A DNA stretch of 64,000 bases. It comes from a virus. Below are positions 18,857-28,317 of the stretch, one piece after another. The notes beneath the pieces are model-generated. The model had not been told where the DNA came from, searched no databases, and worked only from the letters and a program-made list of their open reading frames with translations. Where the stretch lies: positions 1-64,000 of the IMG/VR virus record IMGVR_UViG_3300047160_027173; one strand, 5' to 3'. The position numbers were made by a program, and so were the translations under genes. Within the stretch, counting starts at the first letter, position 1, and each line of letters begins with the position of its first letter.

Positions 18857-19296
18857 CCACCGCCATCCTTCTCGCCGTTCTCGCCGCTTCCGACCCCAGC
18901 TTCAAGGACGTCAAGGGCGGCTCAAGCACCGCCATCTGCGAAGACCATGCCCGGACCTTCCTGGGCCCCATCGGGGGCACCATGGGAAACCTCCGCGAGA
19001 CTCGCGGCAGCCACGACCGGCTCTGCCTGCAGATCCGCGACGGCCGGGTCTGGCGCGTGCTCTGGAACTCGGACGGCATCAAACTCCGGAGCCCGGCGTT
19101 CACCGGCCGCACCTTCTACCCCTGGACGCGGATGGAAACCGGCATCCTCGGGCAGGTTGGGGACCTCGACACCGGGGAAATCTGGACTGTCATCCAGCAG
19201 CCGACAGGCTTCCTCGTCTGCGGCAGCGGCCCCACCGAGCGCGAGCACGTCTGCGTCCTCCAGGGCACGATTTACTTCCGCGGCAAGACGCTGTAG
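18853..19296 (+). CDS. Exported hypothetical protein
   Basis: Hydrophobic N-terminus, four Cys. Confidence 0.55.
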   Translation: MTTAILLAVLAASDPSFKDVKGGSSTAICEDHARTFLGPIGGTMGNLRETRGSHDRLCLQIRDGRVWRVLWNSDGIKLRSPAFTGRTFYPWTRMETGILGQVGDLDTGEIWTVIQQPTGFLVCGSGPTEREHVCVLQGTIYFRGKTL

Positions 19297-19305
19297 GATG
19301 ACCCC

Positions 19306-19983
19306 ATGAACCGTCTGCTCTTGGTCGTCCTCGTTACCGCGTCCACCGGCTGTGGATTCGGCCTCACCGCCGACGCGAAGCCCTGCGGCAAGCACGCCTC
19401 CGGCATCGAGGTCTGGGTGGACAGCCCACCGACCCTGGCGGACGGTGGCGTCTGGCAGCCCGGGCCAGAGCGCGAGAACGCCTTCATGACCTGCGACCAA
19501 GCCATGGAGACCGTCGACGCGGCCCTGGCCATCGGCGACAGTCACGACTTCTGGGTGGACAAGAGCCACCGGTTCCTGGATGGGATGCGCCTGGAGTTCG
19601 TCGGCGACCAGAACCTGGCCGCCATTGGCGAGCCCGACAAGCTCGGCTTCACGATGAACTCGCCGTTCGCCCACGACATGGCCGTGGCCTACGGGGACGA
19701 CGGCTTCCCGGACTACACCCTGAAGTACGACCGAGCCGACCCGACCATGGCCTACAGGGTCTGGGGCTCGGCCGTGACCCTCAGTCACGAGATGATCCAC
19801 GTACTCCAGTCGGATAGCTTTCTCAACCTGGGCGTGATGAACACGCACACAGACAAGCACTGCCACTGGGCCAGCGTCTACGCGCCCCGGTTCTCAGACT
19901 TGGGCTGGGCTCAGTACAGCTCGAACTTCGAAGACGGCTGCGAGCACGAGCGCTGCTCGGGCAGCGCCTGCCATGCGGACTAG
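19306..19983 (+). CDS. Lipoprotein with HExxH zinc-peptidase motif
   Basis: Signal ending STGC; TLSHEMIHVLQ; Cys-rich C-terminus. Confidence 0.65.
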   Translation: MNRLLLVVLVTASTGCGFGLTADAKPCGKHASGIEVWVDSPPTLADGGVWQPGPERENAFMTCDQAMETVDAALAIGDSHDFWVDKSHRFLDGMRLEFVGDQNLAAIGEPDKLGFTMNSPFAHDMAVAYGDDGFPDYTLKYDRADPTMAYRVWGSAVTLSHEMIHVLQSDSFLNLGVMNTHTDKHCHWASVYAPRFSDLGWAQYSSNFEDGCEHERCSGSACHAD

Positions 19984-20159
19984 CTGAGCTGGTTGAGGCG
20001 GGCCTGGACGGCGTCGAGCACGTCCTGCAGATACGGCCAAGAAAGCTGACAGTCGGCGTCGGCGAGATTGGCCTGCAGCGAGGCCTTGCTGTTCAGCAGG
20101 TCCTGCTTGGACATGCCGTTGATGTTCTGCTGCTGCATGGAGTTCGGATTGAGGGCCAT
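19980..20159 (-). CDS. Small helical protein (not in the ORF track)
   Basis: 59 aa MALNPNSMQQ...ARLNQLS; resembles 20162-20365. Confidence 0.6.
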   Translation of the reverse strand: MALNPNSMQQQNINGMSKQDLLNSKASLQANLADADCQLSWPYLQDVLDAVQARLNQLS

Positions 20160-20161
20160 GG

Positions 20162-20365
20162 TTACTTGAGCTTGGCCGCGAGGTAAGCCTGAACTTCCTT
20201 GGCATAGGCGAGTTTTGCGCTGACCTTGGCCTTGTCGGCATCAGCAGCAGCCGCCAGCACCTTGGTCACGTTGGCTACGCTGGCGTCGACGGCGATTTTG
20301 GCCGCCTTCAGGTCTTCGGTGCCGAGGGTATCGATCTTGTCTGTGAACTTGGAATCAAGAGCCAT
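20162..20365 (-). CDS. Small helical protein, possible fibre chaperone
   Basis: AAGGA RBS; directly follows the fibre gene. Confidence 0.6.
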   Translation of the reverse strand: MALDSKFTDKIDTLGTEDLKAAKIAVDASVANVTKVLAAAADADKAKVSAKLAYAKEVQAYLAAKLK

Positions 20366-20374
20366 GATATTCCT

Positions 20375-22927
20375 TTAGGTGCCCGGCCTCAGTTGGGTAT
20401 GCGTATAGGTGACGCGGATGCCGAAGACGATAGTCTGCCGAATCGCGCCCGGGGAAATGGTGGCCATGTTGAAGACGAACGTATGGCCGTCGGGGACGGC
20501 GATGGACATGTTGAAGACGACCAGGCCTGGGCTGCCCAAGACAGGGAAGGTGTTGCCAGGCTGGGTGTAGCGAGTGTTGACGCCAGCGTAGGTCAGGTCT
20601 TCGAGGGCGAAGTCCAGGCCGTTGCTGCCGCCAACGCCCTGCTCGCCATATACGGCGATCTGCGTGAGGGTGGCCCCCTCGGGAATGCCGTGCAGAGGGC
20701 AGCTGATGGTCATTCCATCGCCGGCCTGCTCGCTGATCGTGTAGTCGAATGTACCGGCGTTGTCGTACTGCAAGTAGTTGGGCTTGTAGGTACCGCCGGT
20801 CGTGTGGAGGCTGTTGCCGTAGCTGCTGGTGTCGTAGTTGGCCGCATCCTTGAACTCAAGGGCGGTGTAGATGCGGTGCCGAGTGACGTTCGCCGAGTAG
20901 TGGAAGTCGTAGGCGTTATCGCAGCTGATGCCGCCGCCCGAACCCTCGATGGCGTTGCCAGTGCCGGCGAAGGCAATGATGCCCGGACCAGAGCCGTGGC
21001 CCTGGAAGTAGCCACCGGCCGTGTTGCCCGACGTGGAGATACCGGCGACGCTGATGTTGCTACCGCCGAAGGCGAGAACGGCGGCCGTCGAGACGGTGTC
21101 ATCGGCGCCGCCGTGAGCCGTCGCGACAAGACCGGCGCGGGCGCCGCTGCCGCTTGCGATGAAGGCGCCGTAGCCACCGGCACCGGTACCACCGGCACCG
21201 TAGATGCCGATACCAGCGCTGGGACCGCCGATGAAGTAGCCGCCTTCGCCGCTGTTGCCGCCCTGGCCCCAGACACCGCGGGGGTTGCCGCTGGTGTTGC
21301 CTTCGCCGTAGACGCCCGGAGCCGTGCCAGCTCCGAAGCCGACGACACCGGCTCCGGCGGAGCCGTTGACGGCCGCGCCGTTGGCGACACCGGCGACACC
21401 GACGTCGGTCGTCGCGCCGCCGAATCCGGCAACGCCAGCCACGATCTGCGCGTAGGAGGCGTCAGTGGTCAGACCGACGACGCCGTTACCAGCCGCGCCA
21501 GCACCAGCCGCCGCACCGACACCGACGACGCCATGGCCGCTCTGACCGGTACCTGCCGCTACGCCACCCTGGCCCCAGATGCCAACGCCACCAGCCGTGG
21601 CGCCAGTGCTGGGACCACCGAGAACGTTGAAGGCACGACCGCTGCTGCTGCCGACGCCGGTAGCGGTGAAGGAGATGGCGTGGTCGGGGCCGAAGTTGGC
21701 CACCGCCGGAGACAGCGGGGTCTCCGAGGTCTGGCCGAGCTTGACGATGCCCAGCGTGGTCGTCGTGGCCGGGGGAACGGGGACGCCGACGGGGTTACGG
21801 CTGCCGCGGGTGAAGACGTCCGAACCACGACGGACGGCGATGACCTGGCGGCTGCCGGGAACAGGGCCCACGCCCAGGGTCTGGATGGCAACCTTCTGGG
21901 GAACGGTCAGGGTTGCGTTCGAGGTCCGGTCGAGGTCGACGTAGATGCACTCGCCATCGAGGAGGTTCGTCGTGCCCGAGAGGGCCGTGGTCTGGTCGTT
22001 GACGACGTTGTAGAAGACGCCGCCGTAGTTGGCGTTGTCGAAGGTGAAGCGGAGACCGATCCAGAGGAGGTTGGTACCGTCCCAGGTGAAGTAGTCAGCC
22101 AGAGGCGTGGTCGTGCCCGTGTTCGTCATGAACACGTTGCGGTCCGCCGTGGGGCTGTACCAGTCCTCGCCGCCGCCGATCTCCCAGATCCTGGTCTCCA
22201 GGGCCTGAACGAGGTCGCGCATGCTGGCGATGCTGCGGTCACCGCCGACGAAGGCGTTCAGCAGCGTGCTCTGGGCGCGGCCCTGGGGCCAGCTGTAGCC
22301 GTTGGTGGCGTTGGTCGGGTTGTCACCGCCCGAGGCCAGGCGGAAGAGCATGTTCCGGGCGTCGGTGACAGAGGTGACCTGGTTGGTGCTATTCGTGACG
22401 ACCTTGGCGACAGGCACCAGGTTCGGCTGGGCGCTGAACGGGGTCGTGGTGATGACGATCTTGTAGTCGAGGACCCGGGCCAGGGGAACTTCCTTGGCCA
22501 CTTCGAGGTTGGTGTTGGGATTCTTGAACTCGACGAGGTCCGAGGTGCTGGTGGCAGCGTCGCGGGTCAGGTCGAGGCCGACGAAGTTAGTCTGGCCAGC
22601 GGTCCAGGAGCCGGAGACGCGGGCGTTCAGGGCCGGGTCGAGGACTTCGACGGGACGGTTGGCCGGAACCCAGAGGAAGGTGCCTGACTGGGTGGCGTTG
22701 ATGTTGGCAAGGATGCTGTCGGCAACAGCCAGCTGGACGGCAGTGGCCAGCGTGCCAGAACCGAAGTTCGCCAGCTGAAAACCACGGACGACGACAGCCT
22801 GCTGGGCAGTCATGATCCGGCCGACGACGGTGTCGAAGTCAGCCGCAACCGCCGACTCCACGGCGCGGAGCATGGGGACGTCAACACGTTGCTGGCCGAG
22901 CCAGTTTTCTTGCCTCAGGACTGCCAT
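20375..22927 (-). CDS. Baseplate-attached tail fibre with Gly-rich shaft
   Basis: Structural N-terminal domain, ATTTTLGIVKL motif, long GVxG repeats, distinct C-terminal domain. Confidence 0.75.
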   Translation of the reverse strand: MAVLRQENWLGQQRVDVPMLRAVESAVAADFDTVVGRIMTAQQAVVVRGFQLANFGSGTLATAVQLAVADSILANINATQSGTFLWVPANRPVEVLDPALNARVSGSWTAGQTNFVGLDLTRDAATSTSDLVEFKNPNTNLEVAKEVPLARVLDYKIVITTTPFSAQPNLVPVAKVVTNSTNQVTSVTDARNMLFRLASGGDNPTNATNGYSWPQGRAQSTLLNAFVGGDRSIASMRDLVQALETRIWEIGGGEDWYSPTADRNVFMTNTGTTTPLADYFTWDGTNLLWIGLRFTFDNANYGGVFYNVVNDQTTALSGTTNLLDGECIYVDLDRTSNATLTVPQKVAIQTLGVGPVPGSRQVIAVRRGSDVFTRGSRNPVGVPVPPATTTTLGIVKLGQTSETPLSPAVANFGPDHAISFTATGVGSSSGRAFNVLGGPSTGATAGGVGIWGQGGVAAGTGQSGHGVVGVGAAAGAGAAGNGVVGLTTDASYAQIVAGVAGFGGATTDVGVAGVANGAAVNGSAGAGVVGFGAGTAPGVYGEGNTSGNPRGVWGQGGNSGEGGYFIGGPSAGIGIYGAGGTGAGGYGAFIASGSGARAGLVATAHGGADDTVSTAAVLAFGGSNISVAGISTSGNTAGGYFQGHGSGPGIIAFAGTGNAIEGSGGGISCDNAYDFHYSANVTRHRIYTALEFKDAANYDTSSYGNSLHTTGGTYKPNYLQYDNAGTFDYTISEQAGDGMTISCPLHGIPEGATLTQIAVYGEQGVGGSNGLDFALEDLTYAGVNTRYTQPGNTFPVLGSPGLVVFNMSIAVPDGHTFVFNMATISPGAIRQTIVFGIRVTYTHTQLRPGT

Positions 22928-22942
22928 GGGATGGTTCCTAGA

Positions 22943-23368
22943 TTACAGGGGAGAGGTTTCATTGCTCCAGCTCTGGGCGACGAAGTCGATCTGCCCAGTG
23001 AGGATACCACGAGCCTGTACGGACCAGCTCTGGTTGAGGAGGCTGCAGTTGTCGGCCTGGAAGACCACGGAGTCGGTTCCGCGCTCGACGAGGAGCAGCT
23101 GAAAGTACCGCTCGCGAACATACTGCTCCAGGGTCGCAGCCACGCCCATGGCCTCGACGCCACCGTCGCCGATGGTGCGGATGAGCTGGAGCTGGCCAGC
23201 AACGCGGGTCACGGTGGGAATCAGCTCCTGGGGCTGGCTGCTGTCGAGGCCGTAGTACTCGCGGCGGTTCTCGGAGCTGGACCAGGACCAGCCCGTGACC
23301 TGGCCGACGTGGATGCCGTTGATGAAGGCGTTGAGGTTGCTAGCCGCTACGGTCTTGGCGCGAGTCAT
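22943..23368 (-). CDS. Tail tube-fold protein (tube initiator-like)
   Basis: FING..VGQVTG.SWS......YGLD...P.ELIP pattern of tube proteins. Confidence 0.6.
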   Translation of the reverse strand: MTRAKTVAASNLNAFINGIHVGQVTGWSWSSSENRREYYGLDSSQPQELIPTVTRVAGQLQLIRTIGDGGVEAMGVAATLEQYVRERYFQLLLVERGTDSVVFQADNCSLLNQSWSVQARGILTGQIDFVAQSWSNETSPL

Positions 23369-26300
23369 AGAACCGGGGCCTCCTGAGCGGCGAGGACTTC
23401 AGCGCTGACCGAGTCACCGGCGAAGACCTCGACGATGTCCGAGAGCTTCAGGGCGCCGCGGGTCGGCAGGCCAGCGCCACCGAGACCGGCGTCGCCCGGG
23501 TAGACGACGACGAGGTTCTCCAGGATGCCTGCGGCCAGGGCCTGGAGGACGAGGGCCTCGGCTGCCACACGGCCTGCCGGCGAGGCCGTCAGGTAGAAGC
23601 TGCCAGCCTGCTGGTCCAGTGTCAGAGGCACGAACGGGCTCGGACCGGCGAGCAGGGTGACCTCAGAGCCCAGCGGGTAGTCGGCAGGCATGGTGAAGCT
23701 GTAGTCGATGACGAGGCGGGTGTTGCCGCTGACGGCCGTGTACTTGTCCAGGAGCTTGATGGGGAGGGTCTGGTTGGCGGTGCCGAAGCCAAGCGCGATC
23801 CAGCCCGAGCTGGGGAACGGGGTGCCGTTGACGACCTCGACAAAGTCATAATGTTGACCTTTCGCCAGGGCGATGGTCGTCGTCGAGTCGCCGCCGGTGA
23901 CGGCCAGACCCTCGTTGGGGTCGTAGATGTACGGTCCGATGTCGCCGTCCACGGCGGGAGCCTGCTTCCAGGGCCTCAGGATGGCCCCAGGAGCGTAGTT
24001 CTGGCTCACGGAGCCCCCAGACGTGTCCGGGCCCGCATTGGAGCCAGGATCGGCGTAGGAGAAGCCCGAGGCGGTCACAGCGGTCACCGTGAAGACGCCG
24101 CTGGCGAAGCCGATGGCCAGGTTGTTCACGTACACTGTATCGCCGACGCTGATAGAGTCCGAGGTAACGCCCGAGGGAAGGGTCAGGGAGGCCGTGGTGA
24201 CGCTGCTGGCCCTGGTCACGGAGGCGATAACCCATTCCGCGCCTGGGTTCGGGCCCCGACCCTGGTAGAACGGACCGAAGTTGCTGCTGTAGCCGGTGGG
24301 GACGTCCGAACCATCGAACTCGATGGTCTTCGAGTCCGGGACCGCGGAGACCCTCAGGAAGAGGTTGTTGAGGTTGCCGTCGCTGATGACTTCAGAGCCC
24401 GGCACGAAGACGTCCGGGGCCAGGCTGGGACCCAGGGGAGAGGCGATGAGGCCGCCGTTGATGACCATGGTGCCGCTGGGGAGGATGCCGCCGAAGGGGG
24501 TACCGCGGCTGATTCGGGTCCTGGCCGGGCTGTGCTTCCAGGTCATCGTGCTCAGGTCCAACCATTCCACGACCTGGCAGTCGTCGCCCTGGCTGCTGCT
24601 GCCGGCGAAGACGTAGACCCGGTTCAGGGCCTGGCTGTAGAGCGCGAAGGCGTTCGTCCGCCGCATCTGCATTGGCGGCAAGCCGTTCCAGAGGCCGCTG
24701 ACCGGGTTCCAGATCTCGCAGCTGTTCAGGCTGACCGTGCTGTCCGTGGGAACGCAGGGCGGATGGCCGCTGCCGCCGAAGACCAGGACGCGGTCGTCAG
24801 GGAGGACGACGCAGCCGAAGCCCTGACGGCTCCAGCCCATGTCACCGCTCCGGGTCCAGCTGGAGCCGTTGTAAATCTCCGAGGTGTTGGTCTTGAAGCC
24901 GTTGGTCGAGCGGCCACCGATGACCAGGACCCGGCCATCGCTGAGGCGCTGCACGCGGTGGTCGAAGCGAGGGAAGGCCAGAGCCGGGCCCGAGGACCAG
25001 CTGCTGCCGTTGAAGACTTCGGTGGTGTTCGTCGCCGTGCCGACGCCGCTGGTGTCGCCGCCCACAGCCAGGGCGCTGCCGTTCATGAGGTCGGTGACGC
25101 TGTGGAACTCGCGGGGCAGAATCATGGCGCCCTGCGTGGTCCAGGTGTTCGCCACGGGGTCATAGGTCTGGGTGTCGCCGGTACGGGCGGGTCCGGCGAC
25201 GGCGCCGCCGCAGACCAGTCCCAGCGAGCCCAGGGGGCAGCCCGCGAAGTTGTTGCGGGCCGGAGTGTTCATGTTCGCCGTGGCCACCCACTCCCAGAGG
25301 AAGGCCGGGGCGCCGTTGGCCTCGCTGCCGTCGGTGATGGTCGTGTAGCCGTCGTCCTGGACGCGGTTGGCGTTCGTGCTCAGCGCGAAGAGGGTGTCGC
25401 CACCGGCGAAGAGCAGATGGCCGTTGCTGAGTTGGATTGCGACGCCCTTCTCGGTGTTACCCGTGGGCGGCGTGTCCATGACCGAGCACAGGCTGGCGTA
25501 GCTGGCCGAGGCCTGGGGGTCGAGCAGTCCGGGAATCTCCGGGGTGATGTAGGGGATGCTGCTGGCGGGAACGAAGTTGTCCAGGTAGACCTGGTCGCCG
25601 ACGCTGAGGCCGTGTGGGGAGGCGAAGGTCAGCGTCACCAGGCCAGCCGTGTTCCGGAGCAGGCGCTGGATGGGCAGGGCCGCGTTCTCGTGGATGTAGG
25701 CGGCGTTGGTGCTGTCACGGTTCACGACCTGGGTCGTGGCGGGGATGCTGATGTCGATGCGCCGGGGCACGGACTGGCTGACGACGACGGTGCGGCCGTC
25801 GGACTTGAAGATGGTGTCCTTGACCGGGCGGAAGAACTGGTAGCCGCCGTTGTTCTGCTGGGTCGCGGAGCCCGTGAAGGCGATCTGCGGGATGGTCAGG
25901 GTCTGGATGAAGTTCGTACCAGAGTAGACCTGGTGCACGTCCAGGACCTGGAAGGTGCCCGTGAAGCCAGTGGCAGCGCCAGCCGTGATGATGACGTAGT
26001 CGCCGGGCCGGACCACGCTCAAGTCCACGAGAGGGGTGCCGAGGCTGGTGTCGACGGTCAGGCTGAGCTGGGTCGTGTTCTGCGTGGGCCTGGTGTAGAC
26101 CCAGACGTAGGAGCTGCTCGGGCTGATGGTGCCCCGGTAGACGTTGATGCTCTCCGGGAACTTGAGGACGGTCTGGGCGAGGCCACCGGTGACGCGGACG
26201 GCGCTGCGCAGGCCCAGGCTGGGGCTGTAGATGCGGGCCTTGGTCAGGCCCGTGCTGGGGTCGACGGCATCGCTGGCGAAGCCGTTGCTCTGGGCCGCGT

Positions 26301-27180
26301 TCATGACCCTGGTCAGGGCGACGGCGACTTCCCTGGCGGTGGCCGCGCCGGGGATGGCGAAGTCACGGTTCTGGAAGGTGTAGGTGAAGCTCTGGGTCTC
26401 GTCCAGGGTCCACTGCAGGTCGAAGACACCGCCCGAGAGGTTGTAGGGACCGGCGTTATCGGCCTCGGCGAAAGCCCGGAGCGCGTCCTGGCCGTAGAAG
26501 ACCTCCAGGATCTCCCGGATGGCCTCCTGGACGACCTTGTCCGTGCTGAACTTGATGACGAGCTGCCGGAAGAGGGCATCGCTGATGCCGACGTTCTCGG
26601 GCTTGGTGATGCCCTGGTCGGCCGCGCGCTGCTCCAGGTACGGGCCCGAGGCGCTGCTCACGAAGAGCTGGCTGAAGGCAGCCTCGGCGTTCTCCCGGTT
26701 GAAGATGTCACCCTGCTCCAGGGCGGCGATGAGGCCGTCCCAGTTCGGGCCAGCCAGAGCCCGGCTCAGGTGACGGCGGATGATGGGCTCGGGGTCGGTG
26801 ACCTCGTCGCCGCCAGTCAGCGGACCCTGGACGTTGACGGCGCTGACGACGAAGGAGGCCGTCTTGGGGTCGCTGATGACGACGTTGAACGGGTCCCGGA
26901 GGGTGCTGGCGACGGTGACGACCCAGGTGCCGGTCTCCATGGCGTCGTCGAGGACGACCTCGAAGGCCAGCGGGTTGGCTCCGTCCTGGCTGACACTGAC
27001 CGGGGTGACCGTGTTCGGGCCCAGGAAGGTGTAGTTGTTCGGGTTGAGGGCGTCATCCGCGGCGGTCGCGTCGAAGGCCTTCGGCGTGCTGGTGAAGACC
27101 ACCCGCACCAGTGCCGTGGTCAGCGCGCTGGCGCTGTCGACGCTGAAGCCTGCACCGAGGAATGAAAATGACGAGGGCAT
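23365..27180 (-). CDS. Baseplate wedge-like protein with Ig-like domain and Kelch repeats
   Basis: LFVSSASGPYLE...ISDALFR wedge motif; repeated R..H....L.DG.VL..GG...E.YNG..W Kelch units. Confidence 0.75.
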   Translation of the reverse strand: MPSSFSFLGAGFSVDSASALTTALVRVVFTSTPKAFDATAADDALNPNNYTFLGPNTVTPVSVSQDGANPLAFEVVLDDAMETGTWVVTVASTLRDPFNVVISDPKTASFVVSAVNVQGPLTGGDEVTDPEPIIRRHLSRALAGPNWDGLIAALEQGDIFNRENAEAAFSQLFVSSASGPYLEQRAADQGITKPENVGISDALFRQLVIKFSTDKVVQEAIREILEVFYGQDALRAFAEADNAGPYNLSGGVFDLQWTLDETQSFTYTFQNRDFAIPGAATAREVAVALTRVMNAAQSNGFASDAVDPSTGLTKARIYSPSLGLRSAVRVTGGLAQTVLKFPESINVYRGTISPSSSYVWVYTRPTQNTTQLSLTVDTSLGTPLVDLSVVRPGDYVIITAGAATGFTGTFQVLDVHQVYSGTNFIQTLTIPQIAFTGSATQQNNGGYQFFRPVKDTIFKSDGRTVVVSQSVPRRIDISIPATTQVVNRDSTNAAYIHENAALPIQRLLRNTAGLVTLTFASPHGLSVGDQVYLDNFVPASSIPYITPEIPGLLDPQASASYASLCSVMDTPPTGNTEKGVAIQLSNGHLLFAGGDTLFALSTNANRVQDDGYTTITDGSEANGAPAFLWEWVATANMNTPARNNFAGCPLGSLGLVCGGAVAGPARTGDTQTYDPVANTWTTQGAMILPREFHSVTDLMNGSALAVGGDTSGVGTATNTTEVFNGSSWSSGPALAFPRFDHRVQRLSDGRVLVIGGRSTNGFKTNTSEIYNGSSWTRSGDMGWSRQGFGCVVLPDDRVLVFGGSGHPPCVPTDSTVSLNSCEIWNPVSGLWNGLPPMQMRRTNAFALYSQALNRVYVFAGSSSQGDDCQVVEWLDLSTMTWKHSPARTRISRGTPFGGILPSGTMVINGGLIASPLGPSLAPDVFVPGSEVISDGNLNNLFLRVSAVPDSKTIEFDGSDVPTGYSSNFGPFYQGRGPNPGAEWVIASVTRASSVTTASLTLPSGVTSDSISVGDTVYVNNLAIGFASGVFTVTAVTASGFSYADPGSNAGPDTSGGSVSQNYAPGAILRPWKQAPAVDGDIGPYIYDPNEGLAVTGGDSTTTIALAKGQHYDFVEVVNGTPFPSSGWIALGFGTANQTLPIKLLDKYTAVSGNTRLVIDYSFTMPADYPLGSEVTLLAGPSPFVPLTLDQQAGSFYLTASPAGRVAAEALVLQALAAGILENLVVVYPGDAGLGGAGLPTRGALKLSDIVEVFAGDSVSAEVLAAQEAPVL

Positions 27181-27183
27181 GGG

Positions 27184-27846
27184 CTAAATCAGGTTGCCGA
27201 AGATGTCGTGGATGTTCGAGACCGTCAGCAGGTAGGAAGCGCCTGGAGTCTGCAGGGTAGTGTTCAGGATGACGCTGTTGGCCGATTCTACCACGGCCGA
27301 GAGCACAGTCAGACCGCCGCTTCCCGTGATGACGTAGTTTGCAGCGATGGCGGCCTCGGACATGATGACGGGCACGGTGAAGATGCAGCGGACTTGGAGG
27401 CCGTCAGGAGCGAAGGCCAGCTGGATGGCGGGGCCCGTGGCGACGGCGAAGTAGTTCTGCGTGTACGGACCCGGGTAGGGGTTGCCGATGAAGTCGTTGA
27501 TGCCGACGATGGGGATGTTGAGCTTGTAGAGCTGGCCGCTGGTGCCCTCGGTCACGCCCAGGGAGACCGTGGCGCCGCTGACGCTGACCGTGAGGACGTT
27601 CATGTTCACGCCCGTGCCGAGACTGTTGATGCTCCAGTTGGCGGGGTTGGCGGCGAACGGCGACAGGAGCACGATGGGCGTCGTGAAGACCAGGTCCAGG
27701 CGGTTCTGGAAGACGTTCAGGGCCAGCAGGTCGAAGGCGTGGCAGGTCGGCGTGACGACGCCGCTGCCGTAGCCCTGCGTGACGACGGTCTGGCCGCTGA
27801 TCGCGAAGCCAGGATCGCCGTAACCCTGAGTGATGACCAAAGACAT
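27184..27846 (-). CDS. Virion protein with two Ig-like domains
   Basis: V(I/V)TQGYG twice; two units with ANW/ANY and Y.L.V motifs. Confidence 0.6.
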   Translation of the reverse strand: MSLVITQGYGDPGFAISGQTVVTQGYGSGVVTPTCHAFDLLALNVFQNRLDLVFTTPIVLLSPFAANPANWSINSLGTGVNMNVLTVSVSGATVSLGVTEGTSGQLYKLNIPIVGINDFIGNPYPGPYTQNYFAVATGPAIQLAFAPDGLQVRCIFTVPVIMSEAAIAANYVITGSGGLTVLSAVVESANSVILNTTLQTPGASYLLTVSNIHDIFGNLI

Positions 27847-27849
27847 GAC

Positions 27850-28305
27850 TTAGATGGGTACCCTGGTGAAGGGGTTGACCGTGGTGGGGATGCCACCCGG
27901 GTCCTGGAGCTGGAACTTCTGCAAAACGGTGATGCCGTCGGCCTCGAAGAGGACGAGGTGGTTAGCGTCGGGGCCGGTGGTGAAGATTTGCCACCTGCCG
28001 AAGGTGACCGTGGACATGTTGCCGATGAGGTCGGGGAAGTAGTCCTCGGGGCGGGCGTAGCCGTTGACCAGGCGGGGGTTGGCCGAGACGGTACCGTCGA
28101 CGACGTAGGCGAAGCCCAGCTGGGGATTGCCGCTGAAGTCCGGGGTGAACCTGTAGGCTCCGCCGCCGATCTCCGTGATGGTGGGTTGAGCGGCTGGAGT
28201 GCCGGTGTCGTCCAGGTACGTGATGAAGGTCGGAGAGACGCCCGTCAGCGGGCTGCCGCTGCCATCGTAGAGGAAGAAGACGACGATTTTCGGAGAGGTC
28301 AGCAT
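27850..28305 (-). CDS. Small virion adaptor protein (paralog of 37939-38391)
   Basis: Shares VFFLYD.SG.PLTG, EIGGGAY.FTPD, GPDAN.LV, NPF.R.P. Confidence 0.7.
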   Translation of the reverse strand: MLTSPKIVVFFLYDGSGSPLTGVSPTFITYLDDTGTPAAQPTITEIGGGAYRFTPDFSGNPQLGFAYVVDGTVSANPRLVNGYARPEDYFPDLIGNMSTVTFGRWQIFTTGPDANHLVLFEADGITVLQKFQLQDPGGIPTTVNPFTRVPI

Positions 28306-28317
28306 CGGAGTCTTAGG

